Both the position numbers and the translations under genes were made by a program. Positions 1 through 11,620 of a stretch of 64,000 nt of DNA are shown piece by piece (within the stretch, counting starts at the first letter, position 1; each line of letters opens with the position of its first letter). Source of the stretch: an uncultured Acidobacteriota bacterium (GTDB lineage Bacteria; Acidobacteriota; Terriglobia; UBA7540); contig CAWDSK010000003.1 in assembly GCA_963804995.1 (NCBI GenBank), positions 736,001-800,000 on the forward strand, given 5' to 3'. Below the pieces are notes generated by a model. It was not told where the DNA came from, searched no databases, and saw only the letters and a program-made list of their open reading frames with translations.

Positions 1-308
1 TAAGACCTCTTCATGATCGACTGATAGTGAAGCGGGTGGAAGAGAAAGAATCCATCAAAGGTGGGATCATCATCCCCGACTCGGCAAAAGAGAAGCCGCA
101 GGAGGGCGAGGTGATCGCTGCCGGGAACGGCAAGAAGACGGAAGACGGGAAGATCATCCCCTTGGACGTTAAGGCGGGCGATCGCATCCTGTTTGGCAAA
201 TACTCCGGCACGGAAATCAAGATCGACAACCACGAGTACCTGATCTTGCGCGAGGAAGAAGTGCTGGGAGTGATTGAGCACGCGAAGGCTGCGACCGGAA
301 AGAAGTAA
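1..308 (+). CDS. groES: co-chaperonin GroES, copy 1 (5' end truncated by window edge)
   Basis: Frame open from position 3: [45 protein letters not shown]. Confidence 0.97.
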   Translation, partial: RPLHDRLIVKRVEEKESIKGGIIIPDSAKEKPQEGEVIAAGNGKKTEDGKIIPLDVKAGDRILFGKYSGTEIKIDNHEYLILREEEVLGVIEHAKAATGKK

Positions 309-408
309 GTGCGGCCGGGAATTTGCCGCGGCGATTCGTGCTGGGAAGCGCCGGCGGCGCTGCGGTAGCGAAATTGAAATCATAAACTCCGCCATCCTGA
401 TGCACTAA

Positions 409-2133
<1,725 letters not shown>

Positions 2134-2166
2134 TGTAGCGGCGGGTTTACCCCGCCATTCGCAAGC

Positions 2167-2246
2167 AGGCAGTAGGCAGCGAGCGCTTTGTGCGAGTCCC
2201 GACAGAGTCGGGAAACGCAGTAAGCAGCAAGACTAAGGGCGGGGAG
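2167..2246. repeat. ~80-bp dispersed repeat; inverted copy at 10495-10574
   Basis: tttgtgcgagtcccgacagagtcgggaaa..gcagcaagactaagggcggggag matches the reverse complement of 10495-10574. Confidence 0.85.
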
Positions 2247-2271
2247 ATAGCTTCCCCGCCCTTTTTGTTTT
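2235..2271 (+). terminator. intrinsic terminator after groEL1
   Basis: Stem AAGGGCGGGGA/TCCCCGCCCTT followed by a T-rich tract. Confidence 0.85.
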
Positions 2272-2367
2272 CACATGGCGCGGAAGCTTACGCCTTTTGA
2301 TTTGCTTTTACGGGTCGGCCGCACTAGGCTGTCCTGCATTCCGAACGCGAATACAGGAGAGACAACC

Positions 2368-4392
2368 GTGGAGAAAGTGTTACTTGACGCAGGACCTGCT
2401 GCCGGCGCCTGGAGAACCGTCAGAAAGGCAATCGGCCGTGTCGCCTTGTTGACCTTGCTCGCCCCGATGCTTGGCGCCCTATTGTTCGTGGGACCTTTCG
2501 CCGCTCAAACCCCCGAGCCCAAATACCCCGCCTTGCCAAGTGAAATCCCTGCCAAATTCGAGCCCGTAACGGACAGCTTCGACTACGTCAAGCGCGATGT
2601 GATGATCCCCATGCGCAACGGCGTAAAGTTGCACACCATTATCCTTATCCCCAAGGGCTCGAAGCGCGCGCCGATTCTCCTGACGCGCACGCCTTACAAC
2701 GCGACTAGCCTCACCAGCCACGCCGAAAGCTCCCACCTGGGCCCGGTTCTGAGCGGTTACGACAACGCCATGGAGGTCATCGTGGAAGGTGGCTACATCC
2801 GCGTCGTGCAGGATGTGCGTGGCAAATACGGCTCCGAGGGCGACTACGTGATGAACCGTCCCCTGCACGGGCCGCAGAACCCAACTCCGGTTGATCACGC
2901 CACCGACACCTACGACACCATCGACTGGCTGGTGAAGAACCTTCCGGAATCGAATGGCAAGGTCGGCATCATCGGCATTTCCTATGACGGGTTTCTGCCC
3001 TTGATGCCGCTCGTGAACCCTCACCCTGCGCTCAAAGTGTCCGTGCCCATGAATCCCATGGTGGACGGCTGGATGGGCGACAACTGGTTTCACTATGGCG
3101 CCTTCCGCCAGCAGAACATGTCTTACATTCTCCGGCAGGAAGCGACGCGCGCCTCCGATGTCCAGTGGTGGACGGGCTACTTCGACGATTACGATATGTT
3201 CATGGAGGCCGGATCGGCGGGCGAACTGGGGCGGCAACATGGCCTCGAACAAGTGGGCTTCTGGCGCAAGCTTTTGGAGCATCCCAGCTACGACGCCTTC
3301 TGGCGCGATCAGGCTGTGGACAAGGTGTTGGCCGCCCAACCGCTGAAAGTGCCGGTGATGCTGGTAACCAGTCTCTGGGACCAGGAGGATATTTACGGCG
3401 GCATCGCCGTCTACAAGGCGATCAAGCCGAAAGACACCAACAACAACAAGGTCTACCTGGTGATGGGCCCCTGGAATCACGGCCAGGAAATTGAGGACGG
3501 CAGTGCGCTCGGCCCCTTGCGATTTAACAGCGATACCGGGCTCTATTTCCGCCGCGAGATCCTGCGGCCGTTTCTCGACCAATACCTCCAGGATGCCGCG
3601 CCCAAAGCCAACATCCCACCCGTCGTTATTTTTGAGACCGGAACGAATACTTGGAGACGCTTGCCCGGCTGGCCCGCGGGTTGCGCGAGCGGCTGCAGCC
3701 TCCACCCGACGCCGCTCTATCTCACGGCCGGCCTGAAGCTGAGATTTGCGCCGCCCAATCCAGGCGAAGCGGGGTTCGACGAATATATCTCCGACCCAGC
3801 CAAACCCGTGCCCTACCTCGCGCGGCCCATTCGGCCCATGGGCTACGATGAGGAGCACCCGTGGCCCCATTGGCTGGTGGAGGACCAGCGGGAAGCCTCC
3901 GGCCGCCCGGATGTCGTCGCATTCGTCTCTGACCGTCTCACCGCACCCATGAAGATCAGTGGTCAACCCGTGGCCAATTTGATTGCCTCCACCAGCGGCA
4001 CGGACTCCGACTGGGTGGTGAAGGTGATCGATGTTTATCCGGACGAGGTGGCGGGGCAGCCTAAGCTCGGCGGCTATCAACTGATGGTGTCTGCCGATAT
4101 CTTCCGCGGCCGTTATCGCGAGAGCCTGGAAACGCCCAAGCCTCTTGCCGCCGGCCAGCCCCTGCTTTATCGCTTCAACCTTCCCACGGCAAATCACGTC
4201 TTCCTGCCGGGGCACCGGGTCATGGTGCAGATCCAGTCAAGCTGGTTCCCCCTCTACGACCGCAATCCGCAGACCTTCGTGCCCAATATTTTCTGGGCTA
4301 AGCCCGGCGATTATCAGAAGGCCACGCAGCGGATCTACCACGCGCCCGACCACGCGAGCTTCATAGAGCTGCCTCTGGTCACGACACCCTGA
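2368..4392 (+). CDS. CocE/NonD family hydrolase (alpha-amino acid ester hydrolase / glutaryl-7-ACA acylase-like), exported
   Basis: RTPY, QDVRGKYGSEG, nucleophile motif GISYDG, GPWNHG, QSSWFPLYDRNPQ; GTG start chosen after AGGAG (ORF track starts at 2275). Confidence 0.92.
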   Translation: MEKVLLDAGPAAGAWRTVRKAIGRVALLTLLAPMLGALLFVGPFAAQTPEPKYPALPSEIPAKFEPVTDSFDYVKRDVMIPMRNGVKLHTIILIPKGSKRAPILLTRTPYNATSLTSHAESSHLGPVLSGYDNAMEVIVEGGYIRVVQDVRGKYGSEGDYVMNRPLHGPQNPTPVDHATDTYDTIDWLVKNLPESNGKVGIIGISYDGFLPLMPLVNPHPALKVSVPMNPMVDGWMGDNWFHYGAFRQQNMSYILRQEATRASDVQWWTGYFDDYDMFMEAGSAGELGRQHGLEQVGFWRKLLEHPSYDAFWRDQAVDKVLAAQPLKVPVMLVTSLWDQEDIYGGIAVYKAIKPKDTNNNKVYLVMGPWNHGQEIEDGSALGPLRFNSDTGLYFRREILRPFLDQYLQDAAPKANIPPVVIFETGTNTWRRLPGWPAGCASGCSLHPTPLYLTAGLKLRFAPPNPGEAGFDEYISDPAKPVPYLARPIRPMGYDEEHPWPHWLVEDQREASGRPDVVAFVSDRLTAPMKISGQPVANLIASTSGTDSDWVVKVIDVYPDEVAGQPKLGGYQLMVSADIFRGRYRESLETPKPLAAGQPLLYRFNLPTANHVFLPGHRVMVQIQSSWFPLYDRNPQTFVPNIFWAKPGDYQKATQRIYHAPDHASFIELPLVTTP

Positions 4393-4404
4393 GGCGGAGC
4401 AACA

Positions 4405-4593
4405 AGAGAAAGTCAAAAGGCAAAATGCAAAAGGCAAAAGTAAAGAGCCTGGGTTGGCGGTAGCTGTCCGCTAGACCCTGGACCCCCCTCGCTCCCAGTC
4501 CCTCTCCCCACACAGGGGCGAGGACTGTAAATCCAAATCGCCGCACAACCGGCTTTGACTTTTGCGTTTTGCATTTTGCCTTTTGACTTTCTC
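4405..4593. repeat. long inverted repeat made of GGCAAAA-type heptamers enclosing a CCCTCTCCCC..GGGGCGAGG hairpin
   Basis: gagaaagtcaaaaggcaaaatgcaaaaggcaaaagt (from ~4406) versus acttttgcgttttgcattttgccttttgactttctc (to 4593). Confidence 0.85.
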
Positions 4594-4639
4594 ATGTGGC
4601 CCTGCTGCGTTGCGCTACCCGCTGTTTCGTCCTTGTGAA

Positions 4640-4661
4640 GTATCTACGCATCGTATATACT
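4640..4661 (+). promoter_or_regulatory. putative vapBC autoregulatory operator overlapping a -10 box (TATACT); near-leaderless start
   Basis: Palindrome GTATCTAC-gcatc-GTATATAC; TATACT ends 6 nt before ATG 4668; no SD. Confidence 0.6.
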
Positions 4662-4667
4662 TCCCAA

Positions 4668-4898
4668 ATGGCCATCACCAAGGTTTTTCGCAGCGGGAAC
4701 AGCCAAGCCGTAAGGATCCCCAAGAATCTTCGGTTTCGCTCGCCGCAAGTGGAAATCACCAAGCGTGGGAAGGAAATTGTGCTGCGTGAACGGCCCGCCA
4801 GTCTCGCTGCCGCCTTCGAGCTTCTCGCCGGCCTCTCACCCGACTTCTTCAAGGGGGGCCGCCGCCAACCCAGGCTGGATAAGCGCGCGGGGCTTTGA
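4668..4898 (+). CDS. vapB: VapB antitoxin (AbrB/MazE fold)
   Basis: TKVFRSGNSQAVRIPK; TGA overlaps the vapC ATG (TGATG). Confidence 0.92.
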   Translation: MAITKVFRSGNSQAVRIPKNLRFRSPQVEITKRGKEIVLRERPASLAAAFELLAGLSPDFFKGGRRQPRLDKRAGL

Positions 4899-5329
4899 TG
4901 CGCTACCTCCTCGACACCAATATTTGCATTTACATTGCGAAGCGAAAACCCCACGGCGTCCTGACGCGCCTGGAACGTCTGAAACCGGGTGAAGTGGGCA
5001 TGTCCATCATCACCTATCTGGAGCTGATTTATGGCGCGTGGAAGAGCCAGCACCGCGAAGCGAATCTTTTGCGCATCCAGGGGCTGGAACAGATCATCCC
5101 CGTGCTACCCCTGGACGTGAGTACCGGCCAGCACTATGGCCGGGTGCGAGCCGACCTCGAAAGAAAAGGCTCACCGATAGGCGCCTACGATATGATGATC
5201 GCCGCACACGCACTGACTCTGGGGCTGACTTTAGTTACGAATAACACCTGGGAGTTTCGCCGAGTTCCGCAGTTGATCGTGGAGAATTGGGCGGAGGAAG
5301 AGCAGAAAGCGGAAGGCAGAAGGCAGTAA
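4898..5329 (+). CDS. vapC: VapC PIN-domain toxin
   Basis: YLLDTNICIY, ELIYGA, PIGAYDMMIAAHA, LVTNN; the C-terminus runs into a heptamer repeat. Confidence 0.95.
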   Translation: MRYLLDTNICIYIAKRKPHGVLTRLERLKPGEVGMSIITYLELIYGAWKSQHREANLLRIQGLEQIIPVLPLDVSTGQHYGRVRADLERKGSPIGAYDMMIAAHALTLGLTLVTNNTWEFRRVPQLIVENWAEEEQKAEGRRQ

Positions 5330-5349
5330 GCAGTAGGCAGGGAACGAGC

Positions 5350-5488
5350 GTAGCGCGGACCTCCGCTTTTGAGGTCCGCGGTTCTTAACGCGAAAAACCT
5401 CAAATCCCAATGCCGGGGTTACCCCTGGATTCAGTAATATGGGTCTAATGAAGAACCGCGGACCTCAAAGGCGGAGGTCCGCGCTACG
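5350..5488. repeat. GTAG-type REP doublet (REPIN)
   Basis: GTAGCGCGGACCTCCGCTTTTGAGGTCCGCGG ... CCGCGGACCTCAAAGGCGGAGGTCCGCGCTAC in inverted orientation. Confidence 0.9.
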
Positions 5489-5639
5489 ATTGCTTTTCCC
5501 TCCCGCCGCCACCCGCAACGAATCCCCCTGAGGTTTGACAACCCAAGCAAGGGGCAGTAAATTTGCCTCCCGTATCAGGGGTATTTCCGTTTAGTCGGGG
5601 AGCGCCAATGCCCCCCACACTATCCAAAAGGGCTTATCC

Positions 5640-8384
5640 ATGAAAAAGCAAAAACCGAGGTCGACGGGATTTTCGCGGCGGGATTTCCTTAAGACGGTGA
5701 GCGTAAGCGCGCCAACCCTCAGCCTGATGGCAGGTAATCCTGGTGGCATGGCAAGCGCGTTGCCAGAGCCCCAAACCGGCGACGTCAGCGACAAGTTCAC
5801 ACCCGTTGATTTGCAGGCGCACTTTACCTCCTCCTCCCGGGACTTCGGCAGGCGCGAGGGGGCCTGGGCTCTCGGTGGGGATTGTGCGCAAGACTTCCTG
5901 ATCCGCGTCCCCGGGGGAAAACATCACCTGCAGGGGATTCCCTTTACGCTAGGTCCCGCGGAGGTGGACAGCAAAGGTTGGATCGTCCTGAGCATGACGC
6001 CCAGCCCGACGGCCGTAGCGCGCGTCGAAATCCCCCTCGACCAGAAAGCGCATTATCTCCTCCTCGCTTCCTTCACGGACTTTGATGAGAACGAATCACT
6101 GGGGCCAGGCAAGGACGCCTTCCAAAAAGTGGGACAGCATCTGGCGGACGTGACACTGCTCTACGACGACAACAAAACCCAAGCAGCTCCTATCCGGCGA
6201 CGGTTTGAGTCAAACGGCGTGATTGAGCCCTGGGGGCATGGCAGTTTCGCGGCCCTGGCGCCGGGGAAGGCGCGAGGCACAAAGCTCACAGACCCCTTGC
6301 GCAACGCCATGGACTGGGGAAGGCAGCAGAATGGACAGACGGGTGGTGGCCCGGGCGTGGGGCCCGGGATGGGAACGCTCTGGACCTGCGCGCTTGCCAA
6401 TCCGGAGCCGGAGCGAAACATCCGAGCGGTGCGGATCGAGGCCACGGCGGAAGATTCTCTGGTGGTGTGCGGCTTGACGCTCTACCACCGCCCTCAATAC
6501 CCGCTGCGCTGGGAGCCTCGCGCCGTATACCAGATTACATTGCCCGAAGCTTATGGTCAGGATGAGAAGCGCTGGCAACTGGACCTCAACCTCGGCTGGG
6601 TGGGCCGGACATTCGTTCTGCCGGATTTCCAGCCTGACGTGTGGCTGGCCTCACCTGCCGCGGGTCTCGGCGAAGCGGCACAATTCAACCCCGAGAACAA
6701 GTATTTCTACGTTGAACTCGCCCCCAACGCGGCCGCCACCTTGACCCTTCAGGATACGAAGGCTGGTAAGACTTATACTTTCGACCTCGCCAAAGTTGAG
6801 GCAGCCAAGGAACTCGCAGCCACCGAGGGCGGCGGGCGCATTGAAATCCTTCAGCCGGCCCGCCGATGGATTCACGGCCGCGTGCTGGACCCCGACACGA
6901 AGAAGCCCACGCCCGTGCGCCTCGCCTTCCGCTCCAAGGAAGGGCGTTACATTCCTCCCTACGGGCACCGCGCCGAGATCAATGACGGGCAGTTTCAGGA
7001 CTACGGCGCGGACGTCAAGTTGATGGACACTTCCTTTGCCTATGTGGACGGCACGTTTCTGGTGGACCTTCCTCCCGGTGAGGTTTACCTCGAGATGACC
7101 AAGGGATTTGAGTACCAAGCCGTGCGACGAAAGCTGGAGATTCAGCCGGGGCAGCGCGAGCTGACGCTGGAGATTCCCCGCCTCGCCAATCTGCGCAGCA
7201 AAGGCTGGGTGACGGCCGACACGCACACCCATTATCTATCGCCCACCACGGCGCTGCTGGAGGCGCAAGCCGAAGGATTGAACCTGATCAACTTACTCGC
7301 GATGCAGGGGGGCGAGCTGTTTACGAACTTCGGTGACATCCCGCACGGGCCAGTGGTTTCTGCCGATCGCGAATCGATGGTTTGGGTGGGAAGCGAGAAT
7401 CGGCACCACCTGCTCGGCCACATCAGCCTCACCGGCATCCAGGGGACGCCGGTTTTCCCGCTGTCGGCCGACGGTCCCAGCGAGGCTTTGTTGGGCGAGC
7501 CGCTCTGGTCGAGCCTGGCGGAGTGGGCCGACCGTTGCCGGGAGCGCCAGGGATTGGTCGTGTCCCCACACTTTCCCTATCCCACCGGTGAAATCGCCGC
7601 CGACATCGTGCTCGGCAAAATCGACGCAGTGGAATTGTGGCCGCGCGATGAGCCTACACCGCATGCCACGGCGCTTGAGCAATTCGACACTTTGCGTTAT
7701 CTGGATTGGTACCACTACCTGAATTGCGGTTATCGGCTTCCGGCGGTGGGGGGAACGGATAAGATGGGAGCCTACATGCCGGCGGGGACCAATCGCGTCT
7801 ACGCCTACCTTGGCCAGGAGGAATTCAACTTTCCAAATTTCTCGAAGGCCGTGAGGTCGGGGAATACTTTTGCGACTACGGGGCCGCTCCTGATGTTTCA
7901 TGCCGACGGCCACCCGCCTGGAGCGGAGATTACGCTCGGGGCCGGCGGTGGCACCCTTGAAGTTTCGGTCCACGCGCAATGCTTCGTGCCCTTCCACCGC
8001 ATGGAGATTGTTTACAACGGCAAAGTGGTCGCCGCGCGGGAGGAGCCAGCAGGAGTCCGCACCATGCAGTTAACCGAGAAGGTCAAAGTTCCGGGACCGG
8101 GCTGGCTCGCCGCGCGCTGCGCTTCCCAGTTGGGGCCGACAACCTCGTGGTATATGAAGATCGCCGCCCACACCTCCCCCGTCTATGTGCGGGTGCCGGG
8201 GAAAGAATTATTCTCACCAGAAGCCGCCAACTATTTCCTGCAGCTCATCGACGGGTCGCAATTGTATGTGGAGACGCTTGGCACACGGCCGGAGCCGGAA
8301 GCCTACGCCAGGATTCGCAAGGTTTACACCGATGCGCGAGCTGAACTGCACCGCCGCCTGCATCAGCACGGGGTGCCGCATTAG
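5640..8384 (+). CDS. Tat-exported CehA/McbA-like (PHP-fold) metallohydrolase
   Basis: SRRDFLK signal; ADTHTH, HFPYP, LNCGYRLPAVGGTD, FATTGP, AHTSPVYV. Confidence 0.75.
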   Translation: MKKQKPRSTGFSRRDFLKTVSVSAPTLSLMAGNPGGMASALPEPQTGDVSDKFTPVDLQAHFTSSSRDFGRREGAWALGGDCAQDFLIRVPGGKHHLQGIPFTLGPAEVDSKGWIVLSMTPSPTAVARVEIPLDQKAHYLLLASFTDFDENESLGPGKDAFQKVGQHLADVTLLYDDNKTQAAPIRRRFESNGVIEPWGHGSFAALAPGKARGTKLTDPLRNAMDWGRQQNGQTGGGPGVGPGMGTLWTCALANPEPERNIRAVRIEATAEDSLVVCGLTLYHRPQYPLRWEPRAVYQITLPEAYGQDEKRWQLDLNLGWVGRTFVLPDFQPDVWLASPAAGLGEAAQFNPENKYFYVELAPNAAATLTLQDTKAGKTYTFDLAKVEAAKELAATEGGGRIEILQPARRWIHGRVLDPDTKKPTPVRLAFRSKEGRYIPPYGHRAEINDGQFQDYGADVKLMDTSFAYVDGTFLVDLPPGEVYLEMTKGFEYQAVRRKLEIQPGQRELTLEIPRLANLRSKGWVTADTHTHYLSPTTALLEAQAEGLNLINLLAMQGGELFTNFGDIPHGPVVSADRESMVWVGSENRHHLLGHISLTGIQGTPVFPLSADGPSEALLGEPLWSSLAEWADRCRERQGLVVSPHFPYPTGEIAADIVLGKIDAVELWPRDEPTPHATALEQFDTLRYLDWYHYLNCGYRLPAVGGTDKMGAYMPAGTNRVYAYLGQEEFNFPNFSKAVRSGNTFATTGPLLMFHADGHPPGAEITLGAGGGTLEVSVHAQCFVPFHRMEIVYNGKVVAAREEPAGVRTMQLTEKVKVPGPGWLAARCASQLGPTTSWYMKIAAHTSPVYVRVPGKELFSPEAANYFLQLIDGSQLYVETLGTRPEPEAYARIRKVYTDARAELHRRLHQHGVPH

Positions 8385-8405
8385 GGGGCATCGAGGAGAT
8401 TTGAC

Positions 8406-10322
8406 ATGTCCGCGTCAGGAGGGAACGACCGGTCCGGCCAGGCCCTGGGCATGAACCAGCGGATTTGCCGCCGGGATTTCTTGAATTCCACCCTGCTGGC
8501 TTCCGGCAGCTTGTTGCTGGAATCGCTCGCGCCCACCCAACTTCTGGCGCGCGATGATTGGACGGGATACGGCGGCGTCGGCGACTATGCCGATTCCAAT
8601 GGAAATACCCTGGAGGTCATGCGGGCCGGTCATGCCTTCCGCGACCACGTCTTTGACTCACCTCCGGGAGGCACGATCGACACAGGGGAAGTGTTTGATT
8701 GCGTCGTCGTGGGGGGCGGGCTCAGCGGGCTCGCGGCAGCACTCTTCGTGAAGCAGGAAGGAATGAGGTGCCTGGTGCTTGAAAACCATCCCATTTTCGG
8801 CGGCGAAGCCAAGCGCAATGAATTCATCGTCGATGGCAAGCGGCTGGTGGCTCCGCAGGGATCCAACACTTTTACAGCTCCTTTGCCGCAGAGCTTCATG
8901 GCGAAGTTTCACGATTTGATGGGTTTGGATTGGCGTGAATTCCAGTACCAAACGTGGAGCGGTCCCTCGCCGGAGATTCCCTTGGGCCGGAGCTTTGAAG
9001 ATCCGCAAACTCCCTATGGATTTTACTTCGGCGCTAAATTCGGGCAACGGCCCGGAATGTGGCTGATCGATCCGTGGGTCAAAAAGCTACAGGGCGCACC
9101 CCTCGCCGAGTCAACCCGGGTGGAACTCGTGAGGTACGGCGAGCAAGGCGGGGCCGGGCTGATTTCTGCTGCGCCCTTTGTCACGAGGAGCGGACATCCG
9201 GGTGAAAAACTCAGCGATGAGGAAGCGCGCCATTTGGACAGCATGACCATCGAGCAACATCTGATGCAGAGATTCGGCATCAGCCGCGAGACGATTCGCA
9301 CGTTCTTCATGGAACTGGGAAGCTCACACGGCGCCGGGCCGGATGTCGTCTCGGCTTACTGCACGAAGAACTTCCAGCGGGGAGGAGATACGTCGAACAC
9401 GCACTGCTTCCCGGGGGGCAATGCCGGCATGGCGCGCCACATGGTGAAGACGCTGATCCCCCAATCGATCCCCGGCCCCCGCACCTTATCCGCAGTGTGC
9501 CGCAACCCGGTGGATTTTCGCGCGCTCGACCGGGCGGGGCAAGCGGCACGGATTCGCTTGGGGGCAACCGTCGTAGGCGTTGAGCATGAGGGCGACCCCC
9601 AGAAATCTGGTTTCGTGAATGTGACGTACACGCGCCAGGGAAAAGTTTATCGCCTGAAAGCGCGGTCGGTGGTAATGGCCGGCGGGTCGTGGACCACCAA
9701 GCATGTTGTGCGCGACCTGCCTGCGGCACAGCGCGAGGCCTATGATCAGTTTTTCCGTTCGCCCTGTATGGTGGCGAACGTGGCGCTGCGCAACTGGCGC
9801 TTCCTGTATAAACTGGGGATTTCAAGTGCGGAATGGTTCGACGGTTTCGGCAGCTTCGCGGTGATCCACAAGGTCCCCACTTTCTCCCCTGCTGACAAAA
9901 CCCTGGGACCGGATTCCCCCGTGGTCCTGACTCTAAAGGTCCTTTATCACCATTACGGTTTGCCTCTGGAGGAGCAAGGGAACCTGGGCAGGGCGGAGCT
10001 TCTGGCCACATCTTTCCGGGAGTATGAGCGAAAGATTCGCGAGCAATTGACGGAAATGTTTTCGGCGTCGGGCTTCGACGCGACGCGCCATATTGCGGGA
10101 ATCATCCTCAATCGCTGGGGTCACGCTTACTGTAGCCCTCAACCCGGTTTCTTTTTTGGCAAGGAAGGAAAGCCCGCGCCGCGTGACATTCTGCGCTCTG
10201 CCCCGTTTGGAAGAATCGCTTTCGCCAACACCGACTTATCGGGTTCGCCGGCTAACACCACCGCGATCACGGAAGCCCATCGGGCCGTCGGACAGATCCT
10301 TGATAGAGCTAAGAGCGGTTGA
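8406..10322 (+). CDS. Tat-signal FAD-dependent oxidoreductase, spermidine dehydrogenase (SpdH)-like
   Basis: RRDFLN; VVVGGGLSGLAAA; LENHPIFGGEAKRNEF; FPGGNAG; ILNRWGHAY; FGRIAFANTD. Confidence 0.75.
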   Translation: MSASGGNDRSGQALGMNQRICRRDFLNSTLLASGSLLLESLAPTQLLARDDWTGYGGVGDYADSNGNTLEVMRAGHAFRDHVFDSPPGGTIDTGEVFDCVVVGGGLSGLAAALFVKQEGMRCLVLENHPIFGGEAKRNEFIVDGKRLVAPQGSNTFTAPLPQSFMAKFHDLMGLDWREFQYQTWSGPSPEIPLGRSFEDPQTPYGFYFGAKFGQRPGMWLIDPWVKKLQGAPLAESTRVELVRYGEQGGAGLISAAPFVTRSGHPGEKLSDEEARHLDSMTIEQHLMQRFGISRETIRTFFMELGSSHGAGPDVVSAYCTKNFQRGGDTSNTHCFPGGNAGMARHMVKTLIPQSIPGPRTLSAVCRNPVDFRALDRAGQAARIRLGATVVGVEHEGDPQKSGFVNVTYTRQGKVYRLKARSVVMAGGSWTTKHVVRDLPAAQREAYDQFFRSPCMVANVALRNWRFLYKLGISSAEWFDGFGSFAVIHKVPTFSPADKTLGPDSPVVLTLKVLYHHYGLPLEEQGNLGRAELLATSFREYERKIREQLTEMFSASGFDATRHIAGIILNRWGHAYCSPQPGFFFGKEGKPAPRDILRSAPFGRIAFANTDLSGSPANTTAITEAHRAVGQILDRAKSG

Positions 10323-10350
10323 TAGTCGATAGTTGATAGTTGATAGCAAG

Positions 10351-10490
10351 CGTAGCGCGGACCTCCGCTTTTGAGCTCTTCTCTTGAATAATCGGCAAAT
10401 TTAAAACCTGATCGACTACATCGCCACGCTACCCTCGCTCAAATGACGCACGAAGAACCGCAGACCTCAAAAACGGAGATCTGCGCTACC
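10351..10490. repeat. GTAG-type REP doublet, left arm degenerate; preceded by (TTGATAG)4
   Basis: GTAGCGCGGACCTCCGCTTTTGAG ... AAGAACCGCAGACCTCAAAAACGGAGATCTGCGCTAC. Confidence 0.8.
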
Positions 10491-10576
10491 CTAGCTCCCC
10501 GCCCTTAGTCTTGCTGCCTTCCGCCTTTCCCGACTCTGTCGGGACTCGCACAAAACTGTCGCTGCCAACTGCCCAC

Positions 10577-10777
10577 TTACACATCCACCGGCGTCTTCAT
10601 GCCTTCGTCAAAGCGATTGGTAAGGTTCGCGGTGGCCACGGCCAAAACCAGTTCCTCGATCTGCTCAATGCTAAAAAACTTGCCGAGCGTTTCGAGGTCC
10701 GCGGGTTGAATGGCTGCGGGCCACGCCGTAAGCGGGTAGCGCAGACGTAAGCGTTGTTTGCGTTCGTCTGCGGCCCT
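10577..10777 (-). pseudogene. C-terminal fragment of a carboxymuconolactone decarboxylase/AhpD-like protein
   Basis: Manual translation DERKQRLRLRYPLT..LETLGKFFSIEQIEELVLAVATANLTNRFDEGMKTPVDV*; no clear start, upstream stop. Confidence 0.6.
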
Positions 10778-10837
10778 TCAATGGCCCATGGAATGTCAAC
10801 TATGGATGTTAATGCCGTGGTTGATGTTTCCATGTTA

Positions 10838-10880
10838 AGAACCGCGGAGGAGGGCAAAAGGCGCCCACCTCCGCGCTACC
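10838..10880 (-). repeat. GTAG-type REP (second copy at 32988-33027), followed by (GTTCCCT)n
   Basis: CCGCGGAGGAGG..CCCACCTCCGCGCTAC at both sites. Confidence 0.75.
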
Positions 10881-10918
10881 TGCTTCCGTTCCCTGTTCCC
10901 TGTTCCCTGTCACCTGTT

Positions 10919-11226
10919 CTTGAGTAGATGAACACGATTTTGCCGGGCTCGGGGGTGTCTTCGAGGTCGAGGCCCGTCGCCGCGGCGACTTTACGAAATG
11001 GTCGCGAATGGCTTGGGCGGCGCTGAGTGTGAAGGCTTCGCGGTAGACCTGTCCCGATGTTCTATATCGGGATCAGGCCGTCACCCAGATCCGCTACGAG
11101 GTGGTTTTGGAAGAACGGGCCGCGAGGGTCTTTGGCTGTGCCTATGCACCACTCGCCCATACCGCCACCGAATTTCTGGATGTGTCCCTGGATGTCCGCA
11201 ATAATCTCTGCGCGATTGCTGGGCAT
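10919..11226 (-). pseudogene. disrupted paralog of the hypothetical gene at 40459-40803
   Basis: MPSNRAEIIADIQGHIQKFGG..GTAKDPRGPFFQNHLVADLGDGL; 25-nt palindromic insertion at 11048-11072 shifts the frame; second palindrome at 10976-10989. Confidence 0.85.
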
Positions 11227-11267
11227 AGTTGTTACCCTCCTCGTACCGACGAACTCGATTTGCACTA

Positions 11268-11299
11268 AATCGCAGGGCTACGCTCGCCCTGCGCCAGCC
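11268..11299 (-). repeat. RAYT-end type REP (single)
   Basis: aatcgcagggctacgctcgccctgcgccagcc, matches the RAYT right end 42118-42149. Confidence 0.85.
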
Positions 11300-11316
11300 G
11301 GCCGCAACCGCCCCCG

Positions 11317-11511
11317 TCACCGACAACTGATCTGCCGCCAGCCACAATATATAAACCAAAGGCCGACCAGGGTGGCAATAGACCTACCCAACCATTTCGG
11401 CATTGGTCGCCCCTTTGATGCGACAAACCCCGTGCTGAAGCTGTCCGCGACCAATCCGAAAACTATTCCGGCCACGCCGAGCACAATGAGAAAAATCCCC
11501 TCCGCCATCAT
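11317..11511 (-). CDS. small two-TM membrane protein
   Basis: MMAEGIFLIVLGVAGIVFGLVA..SIATLVGLWFIYCGW; purine-rich RBS. Confidence 0.5.
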   Translation of the reverse strand: MMAEGIFLIVLGVAGIVFGLVADSFSTGFVASKGRPMPKWLGRSIATLVGLWFIYCGWRQISCR

Positions 11512-11620
11512 TGCCCCCTTAGTTTGGCGCACCCGGCGTTGGTGGTGACGTTCACGTATGCACCGCCTCCGGCCGCCACAGGACCGCGACCAACCTCTCC
11601 ATAAACTCCGACGCCGGAGC

